Source: Eubacteriales bacterium
GTDB lineage: Bacteria > Bacillota > Clostridia > Oscillospirales > CAG-272
NCBI GenBank assembly: GCA_045634705.1
Contig: JAZRAU010000061.1
Location: 1 to 42,289 of the forward strand
Reading direction: 5' to 3'
DNA length: 42,289 nt
Shown one piece after another: positions 29,975 to 37,876 of this stretch. Made by a program: the position numbers and the translations under genes. Numbering within the stretch: position 1 is the stretch's first letter; each line of letters begins with the position of its first letter. The notes beneath the pieces are model-generated. The model searched no databases. It was given only the letters and a program-made list of their open reading frames with translations, and was not told the origin of the DNA.

Positions 29975-30616
29975 ATGAAAAGCTATGACAACGTGGTCAT
30001 CTTTGACCACCCCCTGATCCGCCATAAGATCGCCATTCTGCGTGATGAGAACACCAGCATGAAGGAATTCCGTGAGCTGGTGGAGGAGATCACCACCCTT
30101 ATGACCTACGAGTGCCTGAAGGACGGCGTTCCCACCACCGAGCGTGAGGTCAAGACCCCCCTTGAGGTCTGCACCCAGCGCGTGGTCAAGGACAACGCGA
30201 TCGTCATCGTGCCGATCCTTCGCGCGGGCCTCGGTATGGTCAACGGCATTCATGTGCTGTTCCCCTCGGCGCGCGTCGGCCACATCGGCATGTACCGTGA
30301 CGAGGAGACCTTTGAGCCGCAGACCTATTACTGCAAGCTTCCCGACGGTATTGAGGACAAGCTGGTCCTTGTCGTTGACCCGATGCTTGCCACGGGCGGC
30401 AGCGCGTGTGACGCCATTCGCCTTCTGAAGCAGCGCGGCTGCAAGCACATCAAGTTCATGGCCATCATCGGCGCGCCCGTGGGCGTTGCCCGTGTGGCGG
30501 AGGAGCACCCCGACGTCAACGTTTACGTATCGACCCTCGACCGTGAGCTGAACGAGAAGGGCTACATTCTCCCCGGACTTGGGGATGCCGGCGACCGCCT
30601 CTTCGGCACGAAATAA
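29975..30616 (+). CDS. upp: Uracil phosphoribosyltransferase
   Basis: HPLIRHK, PILRAGLGM, VDPMLATGGS, YILPGLGDAGDRLFGTK. Confidence 0.97.
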   Translation: MKSYDNVVIFDHPLIRHKIAILRDENTSMKEFRELVEEITTLMTYECLKDGVPTTEREVKTPLEVCTQRVVKDNAIVIVPILRAGLGMVNGIHVLFPSARVGHIGMYRDEETFEPQTYYCKLPDGIEDKLVLVVDPMLATGGSACDAIRLLKQRGCKHIKFMAIIGAPVGVARVAEEHPDVNVYVSTLDRELNEKGYILPGLGDAGDRLFGTK

Positions 30617-30628
30617 GCTCGGTGATTT

Positions 30629-30804
30629 TTGGCATAACCGAAAAGGAGCGACTGCGGTCGCTCCTTTTCTATCGCCGTTCGTCCCCCTTGACGTATTCTT
30701 ATACGCCGGCGGGTGACGAGCGCCGATTTCTGCTCAAAAATCCCTCGGCCTTGCCTTCGCTTGGCACAACCGAAAAAGGAGCAACCGCAGTTGCTCCTTT
30801 TTCT
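30629..30804. repeat. Two direct-repeat GGCA(T/C)AACCG+hairpin units, also likely bidirectional terminators
   Basis: Units at 30629-30670 and 30761-30804; hairpins at 30640-30669 and 30772-30803; between convergent upp and the acyl-CoA synthetase gene. Confidence 0.7.
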
Positions 30805-30806
30805 TT

Positions 30807-33320
30807 TTACTGTTTGCCGGGGCCCGCGGTGTCGGAGCCGTCGCCCACAAGGCCAAGGCGGCGCGCGGCGTCCTCGCGCATCTTGTATTTGAGGACCTTT
30901 CCCGCCGCGTTCATTGGGAAGCTGTCAACAAATTCGATGTACTTCGGTACCTTATGCCGCGCCATGCTGGCACGGATATAGGCCGACATCTCGTCAACCG
31001 TAATGCTGCCTGGCTCCTTGAGGATGATGCACGCCATGATCTCCTCGCCGTACCGCTTGTCGGGAACGCCGATGACCTGAACGTCCTTGGTCATGGGGTG
31101 GGTGTAGATGAATTCCTCGATCTCCTTCGGGTAGATGTTCTCGCCGCCGCGGATGATCATGTCCTTAAGGCGCCCTGTGATGCGGTAGTTGCCGTCCTCA
31201 TCGCGCGAGGCCAGGTCCCCCGAGTGGGGCCAGCCATCCGCGTCGATCGTACCCTTGGTGGCACCGGGCATCTTGTAATAGCCCTTCATGGTGTTGTAGC
31301 CCTTGGCGCAGAACTCGCCGTTCACGCCGGGGCCGACCTCCTCACCCGTCTCAGGGTCGATGACCTTGCACATCACGTGCGGGAAGGCATAGCCGACCGT
31401 CTCGGTACGCACGTCAAGGGGATCGGTCCACGAGCTCATCGTGTTGCCGGGGGCGCACTCGGTCTGGCCGTAAACGCTGACAATGCCCGTCATGTTCATC
31501 TCCGAGGGATCGGCGGCGCGGCGCATCAGCTCGGGCGGACACCCTGCCCCCGCCATGATGCCCGTCCGCATATGCGAGAAGTCGGTCTTGCGGTAGTTCG
31601 GGTGGTTGAACATCGCAATGAACATGGTGGGAACGCCGTTAAAGCAGGTGATCTTCTCCTCGTTAATGCAGGCCAGCGAGGACTTGGCGGAGAAGTAGGG
31701 CATCGGGCACATGGTGGTGCCGTGCGTCATCGAGGACGTCATGGAAAGCGTCATACCGAAGCAGTGGAACATCGGGACCTGGATCATCATGCGGTCGGCC
31801 GTGGAAAGCCCCATGCGGTCGCCGATGCACTTGCCGTTGTTGACCACGTTGTAGTGGGTCAGCATGACCCCCTTCGGGAAGCCCGTGGTGCCCGAGGTGT
31901 ACTGCATATTGCAAACGTCGGAGGGGCGGACGGCCGCGGCCATACGCGCCACCTCGGCGCGGCTGACGAGAGACGAGCGCGCCATGGCCTCCTCAAAGGA
32001 GAGACAGCCCTCCTGACGGAAGCCCACCGTAATGACGTTGCGGAGGAAGGGAAGCTTCTTGCAATGCAAGGGCTCACCCGGCACCGTATCGCGGATCTCG
32101 GGGCAGAGGGTATTGATGATCTCACGGTAGTTCGAGTCAAGACAGCTTTCGATCATCACGAGGGTATGCGTGTCCGACTGACGGAGCAGGTACTCCGCCT
32201 CGTGGATCTTGTAGGCGGTGTTGACCGTCACCAGAACGGCGCCCAGCTTCACCGTCGCCCAGAAGGTGATGTACCATGCGGGCAGGTTCGTGGCCCACAC
32301 AGCCACCTTGGAGCCGGCCTTGACGCCCAGCGAGACGAGCGCGCGCGCAAAGCGGTCCACATCCTCGCGGAATTCGGCGTAGGTGCGGGTGTAATCGAGC
32401 GTCGTGTACTTGAAGCAGTATTGGTCGGGGAACTCGTCCGCCACGCGGTCCAGCACCTGGGAGAAGGTCAGATCGATCAGCTCGTCCTTCTTAAAGACGT
32501 ACTGTCCCGTGCCGTCGTGGTTAAAATAGAGCGTCTTCTTCATATCCCTTGTCGAATGGAAGCGGGACATGTAGTTGACAAAATGCGGAAAAATGATCTC
32601 GGGGTCGTCAAGGCCTGTGAGCCACTCGGGCTTCCATTCCAGCGAGATAAAGGCATCGTAGTTTACCGAGGACAGCGCCCGCACCACGTCGTCGATCGGC
32701 ATCGTACCCTCGCCGATCAGCTGGTAGGCCCCCGCATCGTCCGAGTCGCGCAGATGCACGTGTGCGACGTAAGCGCCAAGGTTCTTAATGGTGTCATCGG
32801 CCGACTCGCCGTGGTCACGGTACGGGTGGTGGACGTCCCACAAAGCGCCGAGGCTGTCGCTTGCAAAGCGATCAAGCATCGCGCGCAGGCGTGCGGTGTC
32901 GGCATAGATGCCGCTCGTTTTCAACAGCACGCTGACCCCCGCTGCCTCCGCCGCGGGGAGCAGGGCGGTGAGGGCGGCCTCCACAGCCCCCTCATCCTCG
33001 TGCAGGGCGCACACCGTCACGTATGGCACGCGCGTGTTGCGCGCCACCTCGATAAGCCCCAGCGCCGTCGCTGTGGCCTCGGCATCGGCCGAGATGTCCA
33101 GCGAGGTGTCAAAGCAGGGGATCGAAAGCCCTCTCTCGCGCAGCTCGCGCGCGGTGGCGGCGGTGTTGTACTTATGGAAGGGGCCGCCGCGCTCCATCAT
33201 CGGATCAAAGCGGGGAAGGTTGTAGACCTCAACGCCCGCAAAGCCCATGGCAACGGCGGTGTCCAGCATCTCGGAAAAGGAGAGGCCTGGCCACCCTCTG
33301 GTAGAAAAGGAAAGCTTCAT
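30807..33320 (-). CDS. Fusion of a xylose-isomerase-like TIM barrel and an AMP-forming acyl-CoA synthetase
   Basis: About 255 N-terminal aa with GFAGVE, WDVHH, HVHLRD, GEG, SLEW; C-terminal ANL motifs YTSGTTGFPKG, YGQTE, SGD, GRLKDMIIRGGENIYP, GKVLK. Confidence 0.88.
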   Translation of the reverse strand: MKLSFSTRGWPGLSFSEMLDTAVAMGFAGVEVYNLPRFDPMMERGGPFHKYNTAATARELRERGLSIPCFDTSLDISADAEATATALGLIEVARNTRVPYVTVCALHEDEGAVEAALTALLPAAEAAGVSVLLKTSGIYADTARLRAMLDRFASDSLGALWDVHHPYRDHGESADDTIKNLGAYVAHVHLRDSDDAGAYQLIGEGTMPIDDVVRALSSVNYDAFISLEWKPEWLTGLDDPEIIFPHFVNYMSRFHSTRDMKKTLYFNHDGTGQYVFKKDELIDLTFSQVLDRVADEFPDQYCFKYTTLDYTRTYAEFREDVDRFARALVSLGVKAGSKVAVWATNLPAWYITFWATVKLGAVLVTVNTAYKIHEAEYLLRQSDTHTLVMIESCLDSNYREIINTLCPEIRDTVPGEPLHCKKLPFLRNVITVGFRQEGCLSFEEAMARSSLVSRAEVARMAAAVRPSDVCNMQYTSGTTGFPKGVMLTHYNVVNNGKCIGDRMGLSTADRMMIQVPMFHCFGMTLSMTSSMTHGTTMCPMPYFSAKSSLACINEEKITCFNGVPTMFIAMFNHPNYRKTDFSHMRTGIMAGAGCPPELMRRAADPSEMNMTGIVSVYGQTECAPGNTMSSWTDPLDVRTETVGYAFPHVMCKVIDPETGEEVGPGVNGEFCAKGYNTMKGYYKMPGATKGTIDADGWPHSGDLASRDEDGNYRITGRLKDMIIRGGENIYPKEIEEFIYTHPMTKDVQVIGVPDKRYGEEIMACIILKEPGSITVDEMSAYIRASMARHKVPKYIEFVDSFPMNAAGKVLKYKMREDAARRLGLVGDGSDTAGPGKQ

Positions 33321-34726
33321 TCTACTTCTTCCTCATAAACGATTTTGTTGAGCGCGGAAAGGTAGGCCTCAATGCCCGCCCCCACGATGTCGGTGGAAAT
33401 GCCGCGGCCCGAATAGACCTTGCCGCCCGAACGGAGCTTGACAACGGTCTGTCCCATGGCCTCGCGGCCCTCGGTCACGGCCTGCAGCTGGAAGTCGTCC
33501 AGCTCGTAATGACAGCCCGTGATCTTCTCAATGGCCTGAAACGCCGCGTCGATCGAGCCGTCACCGATGTAAACACCCTCCGCGGTCACACCCCTCTTCG
33601 AGAGCTTGATGTGGGCCGTGGCGGAAATGGTATTGCCCGAGGTGATGACGTAGGTATCCAGCTTATAGGTCGAGGGCACCTGCATGGCGGAGGAGGCCAC
33701 AATGGCGTCCAGCTCCTTAAGGGTTACCCTCTCCTTTTTCTCGGCGATCTGACGGAAGGCGGCAAAGACGCTGGCAGTGTCCTCGGCCGAGAGATCGTAG
33801 CCAAGCTTCTCGGCGGCGGCGCTCACAGCGGCCGCATCGTCATGCGCGGTCAGAAAGATGTCGGCTCCCTCATGCTCGGAGAGGGGCGCCGCGGCGGTCT
33901 TGCCCTTGCCCGCTTGGCAGAATCTTGTGATCTGATCAATGATGCGGGAGAGCTGCGTCGTGCGGATCGTCGTGGCGACTTCCAGCGCCTCCCCCTTGGC
34001 AGACAGAACGCGTGCCACGTTGGAGAGCGAGGCACAGGATATTGGATGCGCCGCCGCGCGGAGCTGGCCCGCGCCTGCGGTCAGGGCGGCGATCGCACAG
34101 GCGTCCGCCATGGCAATGGTGTTGGCGGTGGCAACGCCCAGCGTGACCTCCGAGAGGGCAGGGAGGACGGCGTACTGCGCCCTGATGAAGTCGGCAAGCT
34201 CGGTGGGGAGCATGGTGCCCGCCGTATCGCAAAGCGTGACGGTGGCGGCCCCCGCCGCGATCGCGGCCGCTATAACCTCGGAAAGGAAGGCGGGCTCACT
34301 GCGTGTGGCGTCCTCGGCGATGAATTCCACGTCGGAGCAGAGGGCGCGCGCGGCGGCCACCGTTTCGCGGACGGCCTCGATCATCGCCTCGGGCTTCTTG
34401 TGAAGGAGGTACTCCACCCCCACGGTGCTGGTCGGCACCGTGACCTGCAAGCGCGGGTGACGGGCCTTCGAGAGGGCGTTCCACGTTCTCTCAACGCTCT
34501 CTCGGTTTAGCTCCACGGGAACGGCCACTGTGCTCTCATTCACCGCCGCGGCGATCGACTTGATCTGCAAAGCGTCGGTGCGGGCGTCCTTGATGCCCTC
34601 AAGCTCAATGATGTCGACCCCCAACCTGTCAAGAAGCTTCGAGAGCTCGATCCTCTCCTTAAAGGACAGGCGGAACTCCTCCGAGGTCTCCTTCATGGTC
34701 GCATCGCTGATCCGTATCGGCTTCAT
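33317..34726 (-). CDS. LeuA (2-isopropylmalate synthase)-like protein with a degenerate catalytic site and intact C-terminal regulatory domain
   Basis: LDRLGVDIIE, VEFIAEDATRS, CDTAG and C-terminal GDGSIDA, STDIV..AYLSALN are retained; RDGEQ and HxH are absent. Confidence 0.85.
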   Translation of the reverse strand: MKPIRISDATMKETSEEFRLSFKERIELSKLLDRLGVDIIELEGIKDARTDALQIKSIAAAVNESTVAVPVELNRESVERTWNALSKARHPRLQVTVPTSTVGVEYLLHKKPEAMIEAVRETVAAARALCSDVEFIAEDATRSEPAFLSEVIAAAIAAGAATVTLCDTAGTMLPTELADFIRAQYAVLPALSEVTLGVATANTIAMADACAIAALTAGAGQLRAAAHPISCASLSNVARVLSAKGEALEVATTIRTTQLSRIIDQITRFCQAGKGKTAAAPLSEHEGADIFLTAHDDAAAVSAAAEKLGYDLSAEDTASVFAAFRQIAEKKERVTLKELDAIVASSAMQVPSTYKLDTYVITSGNTISATAHIKLSKRGVTAEGVYIGDGSIDAAFQAIEKITGCHYELDDFQLQAVTEGREAMGQTVVKLRSGGKVYSGRGISTDIVGAGIEAYLSALNKIVYEEEVE

Positions 34727-34756
34727 AACTGTCGTCTCCTTCGTATCTACTGAATT

Positions 34757-35021
34757 AAAGAAAAAAGCCCTGAGCCGCCAAGCGGCCTCAGGGACGAATT
34801 TACATTCGCGGTACCACCCTGATTATCCCCCCAAAAAGGGAAATCACTCATAGGCCCCCACCAGGGCCCCGCCCGATCACGGGGGCTGCCGTGTCTTATT
34901 ACTCGCTTATCGCTTTGACAAGACCGACTCGGGAAGGAGATCGCCCTGACCGTCCGCATCGGCTCGCACCAACCGCCGACTCTCTGTGGCATCCGAAAAG
35001 GGTGAATTTTCCGTCAACGTC
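34757..35021 (-). promoter_or_regulatory. T-box riboswitch with Leu (CUC) specifier and terminator
   Basis: Stem I with AGAGAG and GGTGCGAG apex; CTC at 34939-34937; T-box AATCAGGGTGGTACCGCG (34824-34807); terminator stem 34768-34793 followed by a U-tract. Confidence 0.88.
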
Positions 35022-35047
35022 TTTTATTCAAGGTAATTAACACGAAT

Positions 35048-35076
35048 ATTTAAGCATAAAACCGCGCCGTTGTCAA
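35048..35076 (-). promoter_or_regulatory. Possible promoter for the Leu T-box transcript
   Basis: Perfect TTGACA, 17-nt spacer, weak -10 (TTAAAT). Confidence 0.4.
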
Positions 35077-35172
35077 TAGAAAATGCAAAGAAAGAGCCAA
35101 ATTTGAAACAATTGCACAAAAATATGGAAACAAAAAACATTTTTTTCTACATTTTGATGAAGAATAAAGCGG

Positions 35173-35201
35173 TTGACATTTTTGTGGGCGCGTGGTAAAA
35201 T
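35173..35201 (+). promoter_or_regulatory. SigA-type promoter for the Ile T-box transcript
   Basis: TTGACA-17 nt-TAAAAT with a TGn extended -10. Confidence 0.8.
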
Positions 35202-35222
35202 CCATATATAATCGAATAGAAA

Positions 35223-35479
35223 GACTGTGACGAAGACGGTACGGCAACGCAAGCTTTCAGAGAGTCGGCGGTTGGTGTGAGCCGATATCTTGGTGCCAAG
35301 TACCCATCACTTCCGAGTCGAGGGCCTGAGCGTTTGTTAGGGCACTCCGTTTCCCGCGTTAAGGGTGAGGGCTTGCTGGAGTCCAAGAGTGGCGGTCATT
35401 CCGCAATTTGAGTGGTACCGCGGGTATGTTATACTCGTCTCAAGAATTTTTTCTTGGGACGTATTTTTATTTCATTTTT
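35223..35479 (+). promoter_or_regulatory. T-box riboswitch with Ile (AUC) specifier and terminator
   Basis: Stem I at 35223-35319; ATC at 35306-35308 in the loop between the GTAC and CTTC helices; T-box AATTTGAGTGGTACCGCG (35405-35422); terminator 35436-35461 followed by a U-rich tract. Confidence 0.9.
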
Positions 35480-35502
35480 ATTAAACGAAAGGAAAGTCGC
35501 TT

Positions 35503-37764
35503 ATGGAAAACGGAAGAAATCAGCTGCAAAAGATCGCGCTGCGTATTCGGGAGATGCGTGAGATTATTGGCCACAGCGAGAGCGAAATGGCGGCACTTAC
35601 CGACGTTTCCGTGGAGGCGTATCGCTCCTACGAGTCGGGGGACGTGGATCTTCCCTTTACCTTTGTGCATAAATTCTCCAAGGTGTGCGGCGTGGAGATG
35701 ACCGACATTTTGGAGGGCCACAGCGCCAAGCTCAGCGGCTACACGGTGACGCGCCGCGGCGAGGGGCTGACCACCGCCAGCGAGGACGGCATCACCATTC
35801 AGGATATGGCCCCCCTGTTCCGCAAAAAGCTGGCCACGCCCTACTGGGTGACTTACCGCTATTCCGAGGCGCTGCAAAAGGCGCCCATTCATACCACGAC
35901 GCACGCCGGCCAGGAGTTTGATATGGTCGTCAGGGGCGCCATGCGCATCCGTATCGGTGAGCGCGAGGAGATCCTGCGCGAGGGCGACAGCATCTTCTTC
36001 AAGTCCTCCACCCCCCACGGTATGATCGCCATTGACGGTGAGGACTGCGTTTTTCTTGCGATGATCATGGCAAGCGATGCCACCGATCAGCCGATGTACA
36101 TTGGTGAGCGTGGAACGCTCGCTTCGGAAAAGTCTCTGCTTTGCGAGAAGTTCATCGAGCCGAAGGAGGACGAGAACGGCGCGCTTGTCGATATCTCCTT
36201 CAAGAATGCCGACAGCTATAACTTCGCCTTTGACACGGTGGATGAGATCGCTCGCCGTGAGCCGGAAAAGCTCGCTATGGTCCACGTGGCGAACGATATG
36301 ACCGAGCGCCGCTTCACCTTCAAGGACATGAAGGACGCCTCCTCCCAGTGCGCCAACTACTTCAAGTCGATTGGCATCAAGCGCGGTGATCGCGTGATGC
36401 TGGTGCTGAAGCGCCACTATCAGTTCTGGTTTGCCATTCTCGGCCTTCACAAGCTGGGGGCTGTGGCCATTCCCGCCACCAACCAGCTAATGGAGCACGA
36501 CTTCACCTACCGCTTCCGCGCGGCGGGCGTCAACGCCATTCTCTGCACGGCAGACGGTGAGACCGCCCACCAGGTGGAGCTTGCCGAGCGCGAATACGGC
36601 GCCCCCCTCACCAAGGTGCTTGTGGGCGGCGAGCGTGAGGGGTGGCACGCCTTTGATGGGGAATATCCCCTTTTCAGCCGCCGCTACGTGCGTGAGGAAA
36701 ATGCTCCTGCGGGCAATGACCCCATGCTGATGCTCTTTACCTCGGGTACCACGGGCTACCCCAAAATGGCGATGCACTCCTACAAGTACGCCCTCGGCCA
36801 TTACGTCACGGCGCGCTATTGGCACCTTTGCCGTCCCGACGGTCTGCACTTCACGATCTCTGAGACGGGCTGGGGCAAGGCACTCTGGGGCAAGCTGTAC
36901 GGCCAGTGGCTCCCGGAGGGGGCGGTGTTCGTTTACGACTTTGACCGCTTCGATTCGCAGAAGATCCTGCCGATGTTTGCAAAATACGGCATCACGACCT
37001 TCTGTGCTCCGCCCACCATGTACCGTATGCTCATCAAGCAGGACCTCAGCCAATACGACCTCTCGTCGATCCGCCATGCCACCACCGCAGGCGAGGCGCT
37101 GAATCCCGAGGTGTTCTACCAGTTTGAAAAGGCCACGGGCCTCCGCATCGCCGAGGGCTTCGGTCAGACCGAGATGACGCTGGGAATCGCAAACCTCTTT
37201 GGCACTCAGCTCAAGCCCGGCGCTATGGGCAAGCCGGTTCCCGGCTACGGCATCGACCTTGTGGATACCGACGGCAACCCTGTGCCCGACGGCGTGAACG
37301 GCGAGATCGTTATCCGCACCGAGCGTGGGCAGTCCTGCGGTGTCTTCCTTGGCTACTATCTCAACGAGGAGGCCACGGCGAACGTTTGGCACGACGGCAT
37401 GTACCACACGGGCGATCTTGCGTGGCGCGATGAGGACGGCTATTTCTGGTATGTCGGCCGCGCCGATGACGTCATTAAGTCGTCGGGCTACCGTATCGGG
37501 CCGTTTGAGATCGAGTCCACCATCATGGAGCTGCCTTACGTCCTTGAGTGCGGCGTTTGCGCCGCGCCCGATGAGGTCAGGGGCCAGGTCGTCAAGGCGT
37601 GCATCGTCCTTGTGCCGGGCACCGAGGGCACCGAGGAGCTGAAAAAGGAGATCCAGAACTACGTCAAGCTCCATACGGCTCCCTACAAGTACCCCCGCAT
37701 CGTCGAGTTCCGCAAGGAGCTGCCGAAGACGATCAGCGGCAAGATCATCAGAAATAAGCTCTGA
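35503..37764 (+). CDS. Fusion of an XRE HTH-cupin domain and a medium/branched-chain acyl-CoA synthetase (paralogue 1)
   Basis: HTH (IREMRE...YESG), cupin (HAGQE...GDSIFF..STPHG), ANL motifs FTSGTTGYPK, GWGKALWGKLYGQW, GFGQTE, TGD, GRADDVIKSSGYRIGP, PKTISGK. Confidence 0.9.
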   Translation: MENGRNQLQKIALRIREMREIIGHSESEMAALTDVSVEAYRSYESGDVDLPFTFVHKFSKVCGVEMTDILEGHSAKLSGYTVTRRGEGLTTASEDGITIQDMAPLFRKKLATPYWVTYRYSEALQKAPIHTTTHAGQEFDMVVRGAMRIRIGEREEILREGDSIFFKSSTPHGMIAIDGEDCVFLAMIMASDATDQPMYIGERGTLASEKSLLCEKFIEPKEDENGALVDISFKNADSYNFAFDTVDEIARREPEKLAMVHVANDMTERRFTFKDMKDASSQCANYFKSIGIKRGDRVMLVLKRHYQFWFAILGLHKLGAVAIPATNQLMEHDFTYRFRAAGVNAILCTADGETAHQVELAEREYGAPLTKVLVGGEREGWHAFDGEYPLFSRRYVREENAPAGNDPMLMLFTSGTTGYPKMAMHSYKYALGHYVTARYWHLCRPDGLHFTISETGWGKALWGKLYGQWLPEGAVFVYDFDRFDSQKILPMFAKYGITTFCAPPTMYRMLIKQDLSQYDLSSIRHATTAGEALNPEVFYQFEKATGLRIAEGFGQTEMTLGIANLFGTQLKPGAMGKPVPGYGIDLVDTDGNPVPDGVNGEIVIRTERGQSCGVFLGYYLNEEATANVWHDGMYHTGDLAWRDEDGYFWYVGRADDVIKSSGYRIGPFEIESTIMELPYVLECGVCAAPDEVRGQVVKACIVLVPGTEGTEELKKEIQNYVKLHTAPYKYPRIVEFRKELPKTISGKIIRNKL

Positions 37765-37801
37765 TGCCGAATTTTGGCCTGCGGTGACGCCGAATTGACT
37801 A

Positions 37802-37831
37802 TTGACAATTCTTGCTCTATTCTAGTATAAT
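37802..37831 (+). promoter_or_regulatory. SigA-type promoter for paralogue 2 and the vor genes
   Basis: TTGACA-18 nt-TATAAT. Confidence 0.7.
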
Positions 37832-37876
37832 GTATATTATACGACAAGGACCGCAGTTTGTTTTTTGAGGTGTAAC

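Noticed and set aside
30622-30981. 119-aa ORF after upp
   Set aside because: Runs through repeat and terminator hairpins and into the antisense of the synthetase
30954-33338. 794-aa plus-strand ORF opposite the TIM-barrel/synthetase fusion
   Set aside because: Antisense shadow in GC-rich DNA; no motifs
33317-34726. Calling this gene a functional leuA, or a pseudogene
   Set aside because: Catalytic motifs are absent, but the frame, RBS, T-box and regulatory domain are intact
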